DNA of 64,000 bases from a virus (Duplodnaviria; Heunggongvirae; Uroviricota; Caudoviricetes). This document shows, in pieces, positions 48,482-57,034 of this stretch; the first letter of the stretch is position 1, and each line of letters opens with the position of its first letter. The notes under the pieces are model-generated. The model was not told the DNA's origin and searched no databases. It saw nothing but the letters and a program-made list of their open reading frames with translations. A program made the position numbers and the translations under genes. The stretch is taken from IMG/VR virus record IMGVR_UViG_3300001336_000001, positions 202,836 to 266,835 of that record. One strand, 5' to 3'.

Positions 48482-48539
48482 GTATTAGTTTCGAGTCGCA
48501 AGGGCTTTAGAGTTGTTTAGGTAACAAAGAAATTAGTAC
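48482..48539 (+). ncRNA. Putative structured 5' leader (three-way junction)
   Basis: 11-bp closing stem GTATTAGTTTC/GAAATTAGTAC (2 G-U pairs) enclosing two small hairpins. Confidence 0.4.
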
Positions 48540-48568
48540 ATTAATAACAAAAATTAAAAAGTTAAAAA

Positions 48569-49414
48569 ATGAAAATTAGTTTAAACAATGGGGTTACTAC
48601 ACCCCAAGCACATGTTGCTATTAACAAAAGTAGGTTAAAAGTTTATAATAAAAACTCAAGTTCCCCAACCTTTTACCTACAAAAGGGTCAAGAATTCCAA
48701 CTAGAGTTATTTAATCCAACGACTGGAACCATATTAGCAAAAATTTTCTTAAATGGTAACCTTATCTCTCAAGGAGGTCTTGTCTTAAGACCAGGGGAAC
48801 GCCTTTTTCTCGATAGATATATCGATGTACCAAAGAAGTTCTTATTCGACACGTATGAGGTCTCAAATACTGACGAGGTTAAAAAGGCTATTGAAGATAA
48901 TGGTGACTTTAAAGTTGAATTCTACAAAGAATTTACTATTCCAACTTACCCTATTGTAGGTGGGGTGCACACTATGGTTTTCGAGGATTATATATACCCA
49001 AATATTGGTACTACAACAATTAGTGATAATACCCAATGTACCAATTTAAATTATGATAATTCAACAAATTATAGCACCACCCTGGGTTTAACGACTAACT
49101 CACTGACGACTAACCAAACAAACTTTTCTACTAGTAGTATAGGTCAAAATAAAAGGAGGTTAGTTAAGCAAAGTAAATCAGATAGTATTGAAACTGGTAG
49201 AGTTGAAAAAGGGTCAACATCAAATCAAAAACTAACCACTGTTAATATGTCTTGGGAAATATTTCCATTTCACACAGTGGAGTATAAATTATTACCAGTA
49301 TCACAAAAAATAAACACTACAGGAGATATCATGATTAAAAGATATTGCACAAATTGTGGTAGTAAATTAGGTAAAACACATAAATTCTGTGCTAACTGTG
49401 GTGCTAAAGCATAA
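48569..49414 (+). CDS. Protein with an N-terminal beta-sandwich, Thr/Asn-rich linker and C-terminal zinc ribbon
   Basis: EFQLELFNP...LVLRPGER.FLDR; C-terminal CTNCG......KFCANCG. Confidence 0.8.
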   Translation: MKISLNNGVTTPQAHVAINKSRLKVYNKNSSSPTFYLQKGQEFQLELFNPTTGTILAKIFLNGNLISQGGLVLRPGERLFLDRYIDVPKKFLFDTYEVSNTDEVKKAIEDNGDFKVEFYKEFTIPTYPIVGGVHTMVFEDYIYPNIGTTTISDNTQCTNLNYDNSTNYSTTLGLTTNSLTTNQTNFSTSSIGQNKRRLVKQSKSDSIETGRVEKGSTSNQKLTTVNMSWEIFPFHTVEYKLLPVSQKINTTGDIMIKRYCTNCGSKLGKTHKFCANCGAKA

Positions 49415-49442
49415 ACAAAGATAATAGTTAACTATATAAAAC

Positions 49443-49474
49443 AAAAAAGGCTAGAAGAAATTCTAGCCTTTTTT
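49443..49474. terminator. Bidirectional terminator
   Basis: AAAAAAGGCTAGAA-gaaa-TTCTAGCCTTTTTT between convergent genes. Confidence 0.85.
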
Positions 49475-49480
49475 TATTAA

Positions 49481-50062
49481 TTATCGCTCCAAACTATAAA
49501 CCATACCCATAAGGTTTAAATTAGGATTTTTACTAAGATATAAATCACCCCTTTTTATAAGCTCACCTAATTTATTTTTACCTAGATTATAAATGAATTG
49601 TGTATTATGTAATTCTCTAACTCTATCTATCCATTTTTTAGCTCTAATATCACCTTCATAATCACTAGTCATATCATCGAACCACTCTTCTTTATCTGTT
49701 TTTTGTGTTCTTATAATTGGTTTTTTAATCACATCATTTCTTGACGCAAATTTTTCCCATACATTAATTGCGTCTTGACTAGTAGAAGAATCATCAGACA
49801 TTGTTACTCCTTTTGGGTATACATAAGTCATAACCAATTCATACAATAATGGACCATAACCCTTATCAGCATAAGCACCATAAATACTATATACATCTCC
49901 TTGTGTTGGCGAAAATGATATGTAACCTTTTGGTTGGCCCGTATTGGTGTTTATGAGTAAAAATATATTACCCTCCTCAATAAAAATAATAGCTAAATCA
50001 CTACTATTATTTATTTCAATTCTACCCTCAAGCAATTCATTAAAAACCTCACTTAACTTCAT
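49481..50062 (-). CDS. GNAT-like protein with a putative N-terminal head-targeting peptide (probable start 50062)
   Basis: KGYGPLLYEL acetyl-CoA-loop-like motif and S..A..VW; MKLSEVFNELLEG N-terminus; late motif at 50067-50074. Confidence 0.5.
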   Translation of the reverse strand: MKLSEVFNELLEGRIEINNSSDLAIIFIEEGNIFLLINTNTGQPKGYISFSPTQGDVYSIYGAYADKGYGPLLYELVMTYVYPKGVTMSDDSSTSQDAINVWEKFASRNDVIKKPIIRTQKTDKEEWFDDMTSDYEGDIRAKKWIDRVRELHNTQFIYNLGKNKLGELIKRGDLYLSKNPNLNLMGMVYSLER

Positions 50063-50085
50063 ATCTATAAATATCAATATAAAAC

Positions 50086-50117
50086 AAAAAAGGCTATAAT
50101 TTCTTCTAGCCTTTTTT
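50086..50117 (-). terminator. Terminator after the HNH gene; near-copy of the 49443 terminator
   Basis: AAAAAAGGCTATAA-tttc-TTCTAGCCTTTTTT. Confidence 0.8.
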
Positions 50118-50119
50118 TA

Positions 50120-50803
50120 TTACAAAATTTTTGTACCCTTACTTAAATTATCTGACCCCCATAATGGTTGAAGATTTTCTAAAGACCAACATAATTTAAA
50201 TTCTCTATCTTCAGTTGTTTCAAAATTAAAACTAGCCATTGGTATCTTATGGTCAACATGCCACTCACCATAATTATCCCATGTCATACCCTCAGTAAAT
50301 TGTTGCTCTAAATGAATCATTAGTTCTTCTAATGTGTAACCTAATAATTCGAATGTAGAACGATATTTAGCAACATTACGTTCTTTTAGACAAGTCCATA
50401 TTGCTGTTCGTGTATTACATTTAAGCCTAAAACCTGGGTCATTTCTACGTTTATTCAAATACCATAACCTAGTTTTTTCATTAATATTAACCCTATTCTT
50501 ATCTCGCCATTCACTATGATACTCTCTTAATTTAACCCTATTTTTATCAGACCATTCTTTATGGTATTCCGATAACTTTTCTTTATTTTTTTTAGCATAG
50601 CGTTTATCAGCGGCAGATTTACCACCAATGTTTCTTCGTCCAGGTTGGTCCATTACAACACCATTTTCCCTTAGCGTCCTATTAATAACCGCTTTATGTA
50701 CTTTATACAATTTACCAATTGATGGTGTACCCATCTTTTCCTCATTATAAAGCCTAATAATTTCTTTGACTTCTTCTTCACTAAATTTAATCCTTTTTGC
50801 CAT
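50120..50803 (-). CDS. HNH homing endonuclease with N-terminal HTH
   Basis: WDNYGEWHVDHKIP...F...CWSLENLQPLW..DNLSKG; free-standing next to the capsid gene. Confidence 0.88.
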   Translation of the reverse strand: MAKRIKFSEEEVKEIIRLYNEEKMGTPSIGKLYKVHKAVINRTLRENGVVMDQPGRRNIGGKSAADKRYAKKNKEKLSEYHKEWSDKNRVKLREYHSEWRDKNRVNINEKTRLWYLNKRRNDPGFRLKCNTRTAIWTCLKERNVAKYRSTFELLGYTLEELMIHLEQQFTEGMTWDNYGEWHVDHKIPMASFNFETTEDREFKLCWSLENLQPLWGSDNLSKGTKIL

Positions 50804-50807
50804 AGTA

Positions 50808-50838
50808 CAAATATACTAATAAATATACTGAAAGCAAA
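50808..50838 (-). promoter_or_regulatory. Bacteroidota-type promoter TTTG-N19-TATATTTG with an embedded ATATTTAT (50819-50826)
   Basis: Consensus match immediately upstream of the HNH gene. Confidence 0.6.
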
Positions 50839-50888
50839 GTAAAACACCCATAAAATCGATTATTAATTTAAAAAAGTTTTTAACAAAA

Positions 50889-50916
50889 AAAAGGTCTGAC
50901 AAAAATCAGACCTTTT
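50889..50916 (-). terminator. Terminator of the capsid operon
   Basis: AAAAGGTCTGA-caaaaa-TCAGACCTTTT with a minus-strand U-run. Confidence 0.85.
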
Positions 50917-50937
50917 AATTTATTAATAATGAATATA

Positions 50938-52692
50938 TTATCTAAGTTCATTAATGTTAAATGTAGGTACACCATCAACTCTAATATGTCCGTAGAACCT
51001 ATTGTTTACCACCTTTTTAGCATAACGTGTCATTATACCTTTTACAGGTGCAAAGTTGAACGGGTTATACATTGTAGGGGTAAGTTGCATTGGCACGTAT
51101 GGTGCGTAGATGTAACCTGTATCCAACAATGATTTACCTTTATGACCGATAATCATTGAGTAGAATGGTGCATAAGGGTCACGGTACACTTGGTAACGTC
51201 CGCTTAACGAACCGACTCTTTCAATACCCATGTTGTATTGGTCTTGCTCTGGGTTAGCGTCACTTACGTGGAAGTACTCAAGGTCATCCATGATAGCAGA
51301 AATCTCAGAAGATACAACTATAAAGTTAGCACCACCTCTAAGAGTTGTTTTATGGATTTGCGCAGAGATTTGGTTAATTCTTGTGATAAGAGTTTGATTC
51401 CACTCTTTTTGAGTATATGGTGAAGCAGCAGAAGATGCTTTTCTCCATCCATTATAATCCCAACGTAATGGCCATGCAGCAGCCTTTCTTAAGTCTCTTA
51501 AGATTTCACGGTCAATCTCAGCCGCAACTTGCTCAGATAACATTGCTGTTAACTCAGCTTCAGCATCGATATTGTGGAATGCACTAACGTCTTGCGCTAA
51601 CTCTGGAGACCAAGTAGCTCTAAGTTTTCTCTCTTCAACAGAAACAACAACTTCATCCAATCTGAATGAAACCTCACCCATTTCTGTCTCAAGCTCTAGA
51701 GACTCATATCTACCCCAAGTAATGATAAAGTCACCAGCAGTAACACCTGAAGTTACAGTACCAGCATAACCATCATAAGTTGATGTAGTACCAGCTGGGT
51801 GAGTTAAATCTAACTCGATGTATAATTTACCTTCAGCATCACAAATATCACCGTAATCAACGATACCTTTACCGTATTTTTGAGTTACTAATCTGAATGG
51901 AACTTCAGAGTTTGGTGCAACAATAATATCACCATCAGTGTCTAACAACGTTAAACCTGAATCAGCAACAACTTTTAATGAAGCTAAAAATGCTTCTGTA
52001 TCCATTTCGTTTCCGTCTGGACCAGTTAATCTACCAGCGCTACTATCAGAGAAACCAGTAATTGCCATAATAGCAGTTCTTTTAGTACCGTCAGTTGCAG
52101 ATGGTAAAGCATCTAAATCAGCAGCAGGTGCAAAAACACCATTTTGGTCTAATGTTTGGAAAGCACCAACACCACTTATGATAGTTAACGCACCTTTTGA
52201 ATTATCAAATAACCCATCATTGTAGAAAATATCGTAAAGGTTCTTAGCCTCAAATGTAGTAAGTTCACACCCGTCAAGTGGTTGAACACATGATGGAGCT
52301 TGGTCACCCATTGAGTTATGTCTGTAAGTAGTTGTATTACCAGTAACCTCAACTCTTGCAGATGTAACAGGTACAAAGAAGAACAATTTACCGATTGGCA
52401 TGTTCATAGCTTGTACTGATACGATATCGTTAGCTAATAATTTAGAGAATACTCTTCTAACGATTGGGAAAACAACAGTTTCGAATGAACCTGAAGATGT
52501 AGCATCTGTAGCTTCAGTTAAAATAGAAGACGCTTGGTTTTCATATAACTGAGCAATGTTTTCCTTAACATGGCCCTTAAGACCTTCTAAGAATCCTAAT
52601 GATTCCCATTTAGCTTGGGTTTGCTTACGGACTTCCTTCATGTGGTTCAATCCAACGTTCCCAACCATACCTGAATTTAAAAATTGTGACAT
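50938..52692 (-). CDS. Major capsid protein (T4 gp23-like)
   Basis: LYENQ, PIVRRV, VSVQAM..P.G, RKLRATWSPELAQD..AFH.IDAEAEL..MLS.....EIDREI, YAPYVP, F.P..G.MTRY. Confidence 0.97.
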   Translation of the reverse strand: MSQFLNSGMVGNVGLNHMKEVRKQTQAKWESLGFLEGLKGHVKENIAQLYENQASSILTEATDATSSGSFETVVFPIVRRVFSKLLANDIVSVQAMNMPIGKLFFFVPVTSARVEVTGNTTTYRHNSMGDQAPSCVQPLDGCELTTFEAKNLYDIFYNDGLFDNSKGALTIISGVGAFQTLDQNGVFAPAADLDALPSATDGTKRTAIMAITGFSDSSAGRLTGPDGNEMDTEAFLASLKVVADSGLTLLDTDGDIIVAPNSEVPFRLVTQKYGKGIVDYGDICDAEGKLYIELDLTHPAGTTSTYDGYAGTVTSGVTAGDFIITWGRYESLELETEMGEVSFRLDEVVVSVEERKLRATWSPELAQDVSAFHNIDAEAELTAMLSEQVAAEIDREILRDLRKAAAWPLRWDYNGWRKASSAASPYTQKEWNQTLITRINQISAQIHKTTLRGGANFIVVSSEISAIMDDLEYFHVSDANPEQDQYNMGIERVGSLSGRYQVYRDPYAPFYSMIIGHKGKSLLDTGYIYAPYVPMQLTPTMYNPFNFAPVKGIMTRYAKKVVNNRFYGHIRVDGVPTFNINELR

Positions 52693-52717
52693 AGTTTTTA
52701 TTTTTTAATTTTTTTTA

Positions 52718-54136
52718 TTATCTGTTTTCGACTCTACCCATTAATTCTTTAATTCTTTGGGTTTCTCTATCAACATAAGCGGTTGATTCATTTAATTGTT
52801 TTGACACCCCGCTAGTAATGTCTTTATTTATTTTATTATCAACTGATTCACTAATTGGGTTTCTAGAAGTCAACTCATTAGCAATCGTTTTATATAACTT
52901 TTTAGACTCCTTAAGTGTAGAAACTCCCTCATCAAATCTCTTCAATATAGTTTGCTTCTCATCTTTAGTTATCGAATGTTCCATAAATAACTTAGTTACA
53001 TAAGTTAAATTAGAATTAAATACAACTGTTTCCGCTAACATATTTCTAAATTGTTTAAGAGCTGTTTTGTATTCTTCATTTTTACCCTTAAGTTCTTTAG
53101 CTTCAGTCAACAGAGCTTTATACTTTTCATTTGCCTCAGTAATAGTAGCTCTTATCTTTTCGGATTCGTTTTTAGGTTTTGGGTGATGCGCAGCACCAAC
53201 CTTTCTAGCACCCTGCTTACCAGCATAACCTCTAGTGTGCCCTAAATTTTCATCCACTGAATCCTCATCTTCATCTACAACCTCTTCCAAAACCTCATCT
53301 TCCTCATGCATAACTATAGGACCTTCAGCTTTAGCGTGTGTTTTATCCTCATCAAAACCACCCTCAAGGTTATCACCAGCCCAATTGTCCTTTTCAGAGC
53401 CAACTGGTGCTTTAGTAGATTCGATGTCTACCATTTCATCTAGCTCAATTTCGTAAATAACTTCATCATTGATTTCGTTTTCATCCAACTGGTAATCCTC
53501 TTCCATTTCTGAGTCTAATTCACCACCCATTTCAATGTCTAACTCTTCACCACCCATTTCAATGTCTAACTCTTCATCACCCATTTCTGAGTCTAATTCA
53601 CCACCCATTGAAACTTCAGATGCACCACCTGGTTTAATAACAAACTCACCTGGTTCGTTAACTGAAACGTTAATATCACCAGTTGCGTCATCAACAACAA
53701 CTTCGATTTCATCATCACCTGTCAATTTTTTATAAACAGCGATAACATCATCATCAGACGCCGTAGTCATATCGATTTCATCCTCGTAATCTGATACATC
53801 AGTATCCATACTTGCTTCGTAATCACCTTCTAGGTCATCACCACCAACCGAGTCAATGTCATCACCACCCATTTCATCATCAACATTAACTTCTGAATCT
53901 AGGTCTAGTTCTTCACCACCCATTTCATCATCAACATCAACTTCTGAATCTAAGTCAACTGATTCAGCATCCTCTTCTTCATAATCCTCTTCTTCTAAAG
54001 ATTCTTTCACTATCCCATTAATTTCTTCAATAGCTACACTACGAAGTATTTCTTTTGTGTTGGCATTTAGTGCTTCCTGGATTCTTTTAGCATCCAAAAG
54101 AGCGCTCTCAATAATTGATTTATTTTCTTTAGCCAT
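52718..54136 (-). CDS. Prohead scaffold/core protein (acidic; probable start MAKENK at 54136)
   Basis: Between protease and capsid; very acidic centre with EMGGEELD repeats; coiled-coil C-terminus. Confidence 0.8.
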   Translation of the reverse strand: MAKENKSIIESALLDAKRIQEALNANTKEILRSVAIEEINGIVKESLEEEDYEEEDAESVDLDSEVDVDDEMGGEELDLDSEVNVDDEMGGDDIDSVGGDDLEGDYEASMDTDVSDYEDEIDMTTASDDDVIAVYKKLTGDDEIEVVVDDATGDINVSVNEPGEFVIKPGGASEVSMGGELDSEMGDEELDIEMGGEELDIEMGGELDSEMEEDYQLDENEINDEVIYEIELDEMVDIESTKAPVGSEKDNWAGDNLEGGFDEDKTHAKAEGPIVMHEEDEVLEEVVDEDEDSVDENLGHTRGYAGKQGARKVGAAHHPKPKNESEKIRATITEANEKYKALLTEAKELKGKNEEYKTALKQFRNMLAETVVFNSNLTYVTKLFMEHSITKDEKQTILKRFDEGVSTLKESKKLYKTIANELTSRNPISESVDNKINKDITSGVSKQLNESTAYVDRETQRIKELMGRVENR

Positions 54137-54191
54137 TTGTTTTTTGTTTTTTTTATTAAAATTATACACCCGAATGGGGTGTCTTTGTTTT

Positions 54192-54199
54192 ATAAATAT
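54192..54199 (-). promoter_or_regulatory. Putative late promoter ATATTTAT for scaffold and capsid, followed by a 5' hairpin (54166-54182)
   Basis: Octamer, then an ACACCC/GGGTGT stem. Confidence 0.6.
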
Positions 54200-54248
54200 G
54201 TTTATTTTATATAAAAACCATTTTTGTTAAAAAAAATGATATTTTTTT

Positions 54249-54947
54249 TTATAATAATAAAAAGTTATCCAACCCTTCAGTTAATGTATTATTACCTTTA
54301 ATGGTTGATTCGACAAATGGTTTAGCCTCATCTTTACCCCTAAACATCCAAGAACCAGGTGTACTTGGTGCCGTAACAACATCCCAACAAATTATTTCAA
54401 AATCATCTTGAACGATATGGTCACCATTAACTTCTCTTAATGAACCAACACCCCTAGATGATACACCTATCATAATATTATTCCTTAATAAGTTTGCAAC
54501 CTCATCACCTTTAGTGGATACAATACCATAATTGATATAACCAGGAGTCATCAATATTTCCATCTTACCCATTAAAGTTTTACCTTCCCACCAAGTCTCA
54601 ATAATATTATGTGAAATCCTATCACCTGCAATTATTGATGATTCTGGATGGTCTAATTCACCGATAGCTCTTCTTTCCCTAATTAATTGTTGATACCTAT
54701 CAACCTCACGTCTTAAAATGGGTTCAGTGTAAATCCTACCATTTCTATTTTTAACACCATATTTTTGTAATACAACATAAACAATTAGGGGTTCATTCAT
54801 CGATAACTTATTACCAACTTCGAGCTTTTTCATTTCATTGATAAATGGTTTATTTCTGATATCATCTGGGGATATATATCCCGCATCAGATTCAATTAAG
54901 AACCCAAATCCAGATTCTCCAGCTTTCAATATTTTAATGTCTGACAT
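54249..54947 (-). CDS. Prohead protease (T4 gp21-like)
   Basis: KNRNGRIY, GELDHP, SHNI, GVSSRGVGS, WDVVTAPSTPG. Confidence 0.96.
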   Translation of the reverse strand: MSDIKILKAGESGFGFLIESDAGYISPDDIRNKPFINEMKKLEVGNKLSMNEPLIVYVVLQKYGVKNRNGRIYTEPILRREVDRYQQLIRERRAIGELDHPESSIIAGDRISHNIIETWWEGKTLMGKMEILMTPGYINYGIVSTKGDEVANLLRNNIMIGVSSRGVGSLREVNGDHIVQDDFEIICWDVVTAPSTPGSWMFRGKDEAKPFVESTIKGNNTLTEGLDNFLLL

Positions 54948-54982
54948 ACTTATATTTTTAATATAAATATGTTACATAAAAT

Positions 54983-55009
54983 AAAAAACCCTAACTTTCG
55001 CTAGGGGTT
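54983..55009 (-). terminator. Terminator upstream of the protease late promoter (54963-54970)
   Basis: Minus strand AACCCCTAGC-GAAA-GTTAGGGTTTTTT. Confidence 0.7.
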
Positions 55010-55013
55010 AAAT

Positions 55014-55451
55014 TTATTTTTTTGTTTTAGTAAATTCGAAATATTCAGATTCTTCAAACACCTCATTAATTAGTTTATCCAATAAAGAAATTATATTATC
55101 TTTAATTATTTTATTCTGGATTTTAAAATCATTCAATTTAAATAGAGTGATTTCACACGACATAAAACTTTTCTTATTATAACTAATACCTGATTGTCTC
55201 ATGTCTAAATCAATAATTGTTTTATTCTTATTAAATAGAGTTGGATTTATATTGTTAAATACTTTTGATTTTATTTTTTTATTTAAGGCTTTAATTACTA
55301 ATCCGTAATCAATATCACTAGCATCAATCGGTTTACCCCAAGCTGATATAATTAAATACATTGATTTTGGGTTATTATTATTAATAGTACCAATTGTAAT
55401 ATTATAATTATTTTTTAAATTTATTTTTAATTTTTTACCATTTTTAATCAT
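55014..55451 (-). CDS. Hypothetical protein
   Basis: 145-aa ORF with its own terminator. Confidence 0.65.
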   Translation of the reverse strand: MIKNGKKLKINLKNNYNITIGTINNNNPKSMYLIISAWGKPIDASDIDYGLVIKALNKKIKSKVFNNINPTLFNKNKTIIDLDMRQSGISYNKKSFMSCEITLFKLNDFKIQNKIIKDNIISLLDKLINEVFEESEYFEFTKTKK

Positions 55452-55509
55452 ATTATCATTTTTATTATAAAATAACTAAAAAATAAAAAAAGTCAATAGG
55501 TGATACTGG

Positions 55510-55899
55510 TTATTTTTTAACTTTACCTATAAAAATAATACCATTTATTTCTGGAAAGTACTTACCCTTCCACAACACATCGATAGTTTTATTATTATAA
55601 GATTTTAACTTACAAGATAATTCTTTTTGTGCGTGTCCAGATTTTATCTCATCAACAAAATTATGTATTTTTGGTAACTCATATTCTGGCACAATGTTTT
55701 CCCAACCACCATCAATACAACATTGCTCACCACGCCCAGTAACCAAATCCCAATCACCATTTACTGTAACAAATTTATCTGTCATTGTTGATGCGATTAA
55801 ACGAATAATATACTCATCATTATTCTTTGTTATTTTATCAAGCATTTCAAGCTGCTTAAGCTCTAGTTTTGCAACGGTTAAGTGTAACGGTGTAGTCAT
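55510..55899 (-). CDS. Stand-alone PAS-domain protein
   Basis: FVTVNGDWDLVTG..EQCCIDGGWENIVPEYE...CKLKSYNNKTIDVLWKG...IIFIG aligns by eye with the PAS consensus yvN.awe.ltG...eel.G.gw...vhpeD...e.r....dG...wv......i.i. Confidence 0.6.
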   Translation of the reverse strand: MTTPLHLTVAKLELKQLEMLDKITKNNDEYIIRLIASTMTDKFVTVNGDWDLVTGRGEQCCIDGGWENIVPEYELPKIHNFVDEIKSGHAQKELSCKLKSYNNKTIDVLWKGKYFPEINGIIFIGKVKK

Positions 55900-55904
55900 A
55901 ATTA

Positions 55905-56201
55905 TTATTTATTACAATTTTTAGTTATTTCAGCGATTTTGTTATCAATGTGAGTGATAATTTCATTAATAACCTCATCACTATTTTCTTGATTGGATTT
56001 AATTACTTCTTGTAATCCTTTAGAAGCATCGTTTAAAAGTGGTATTATCTCTTTAAGTTCATTAACACGATTTTCCCTTTCAACCTCTAATCGCCTAATA
56101 ACACCATTTTTTTCTTCTTGAACTGATTTTAACCATAACCACATTATGTAGAATGTAACACCAGCACTACCAAATATTTGTATTAATGAATCTAATTCCA
56201 T
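55905..56201 (-). CDS. Single-TM plus coiled-coil protein (BhlA/UviB holin-like)
   Basis: LIQIFGSAGVTFYIMWLWL hydrophobic helix followed by a charged coiled coil. Confidence 0.5.
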   Translation of the reverse strand: MELDSLIQIFGSAGVTFYIMWLWLKSVQEEKNGVIRRLEVERENRVNELKEIIPLLNDASKGLQEVIKSNQENSDEVINEIITHIDNKIAEITKNCNK

Positions 56202-56202
56202 T

Positions 56203-56994
56203 TTACTTATTATCGTTTAATACTTTTTTTAATTCTAAAACTTTAGAAACATCATTTATAAACGTTTCCGAAACGTATGCTCTATCAAGTAGATTTTCCT
56301 TTACCGATAACAATTTCTCTTTAACATCACCACTTGATTCTTTTAATTTAGTATTAACTAAAGTAGTACATTCCTTAATGGTATCTTCATAATATTCAGA
56401 CTTAGCCTTATCATCACCACCAATTACTAATTTAATAAAAGCCTTTTCAGATTCATTTAAATCTGAATAATTATTATTAAATTTTTCAACAGCAATCTCA
56501 GAAAGGACACTATTAGGTAACCCATACCCTTCATCAACAGTAGGTACTATTATGTTATTATTAATGTGGTTAATAACATTATGTTTAGCCTCAACAATCT
56601 TATCAATAGTCTTAGATGTCTTTTTAGTGGTTATTAATGTTGAAATACTTTCGTATAATCTTTCCTGAGTATCACTAATATTAGGTTTAATTTCTTTATT
56701 ACCCAACAATGATAATAATTTACTATTTGATTCAGCGATTTGTTTTGGGTTATATTTAGACAATAATGATACAGTTTCATTAACATAATCCAAAGCCCTA
56801 AATTTATCAGAATCAAAAGCAACTTCTAATTTGTGATACACATTAAATTGGTCCCTTAAACACTTATCTTCCTTTAAAAGTTTAAGATATTGTTTAAACA
56901 ACACTTTATTGGTGCCATCATTGTTAACAATACCTTCACTCAACACCTCATTATAGATTGATTTTATTTTACCAAAATTGTCCATAGTTTTCAT
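56203..56994 (-). CDS. Head-module helical protein (prohead core-like)
   Basis: Between portal and protease; late motif at 57004-57011. Confidence 0.55.
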   Translation of the reverse strand: MKTMDNFGKIKSIYNEVLSEGIVNNDGTNKVLFKQYLKLLKEDKCLRDQFNVYHKLEVAFDSDKFRALDYVNETVSLLSKYNPKQIAESNSKLLSLLGNKEIKPNISDTQERLYESISTLITTKKTSKTIDKIVEAKHNVINHINNNIIVPTVDEGYGLPNSVLSEIAVEKFNNNYSDLNESEKAFIKLVIGGDDKAKSEYYEDTIKECTTLVNTKLKESSGDVKEKLLSVKENLLDRAYVSETFINDVSKVLELKKVLNDNK

Positions 56995-57034
56995 TATTTA
57001 ATAATAAATATATTACTATAGTAATAAAAACCAG

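Noticed and set aside
48482-48539. Hammerhead ribozyme (three-way junction with UUC and GAAA)
   Set aside because: Core reads CUUUAGA rather than CUGANGA and stem II geometry does not fit; kept only as an unknown structured leader
55460-55496. TTGACT...TATAAT promoter before the 145-aa gene
   Set aside because: Spacing is 21 nt to TATAAT (16 nt to TATTTT); too weak to call
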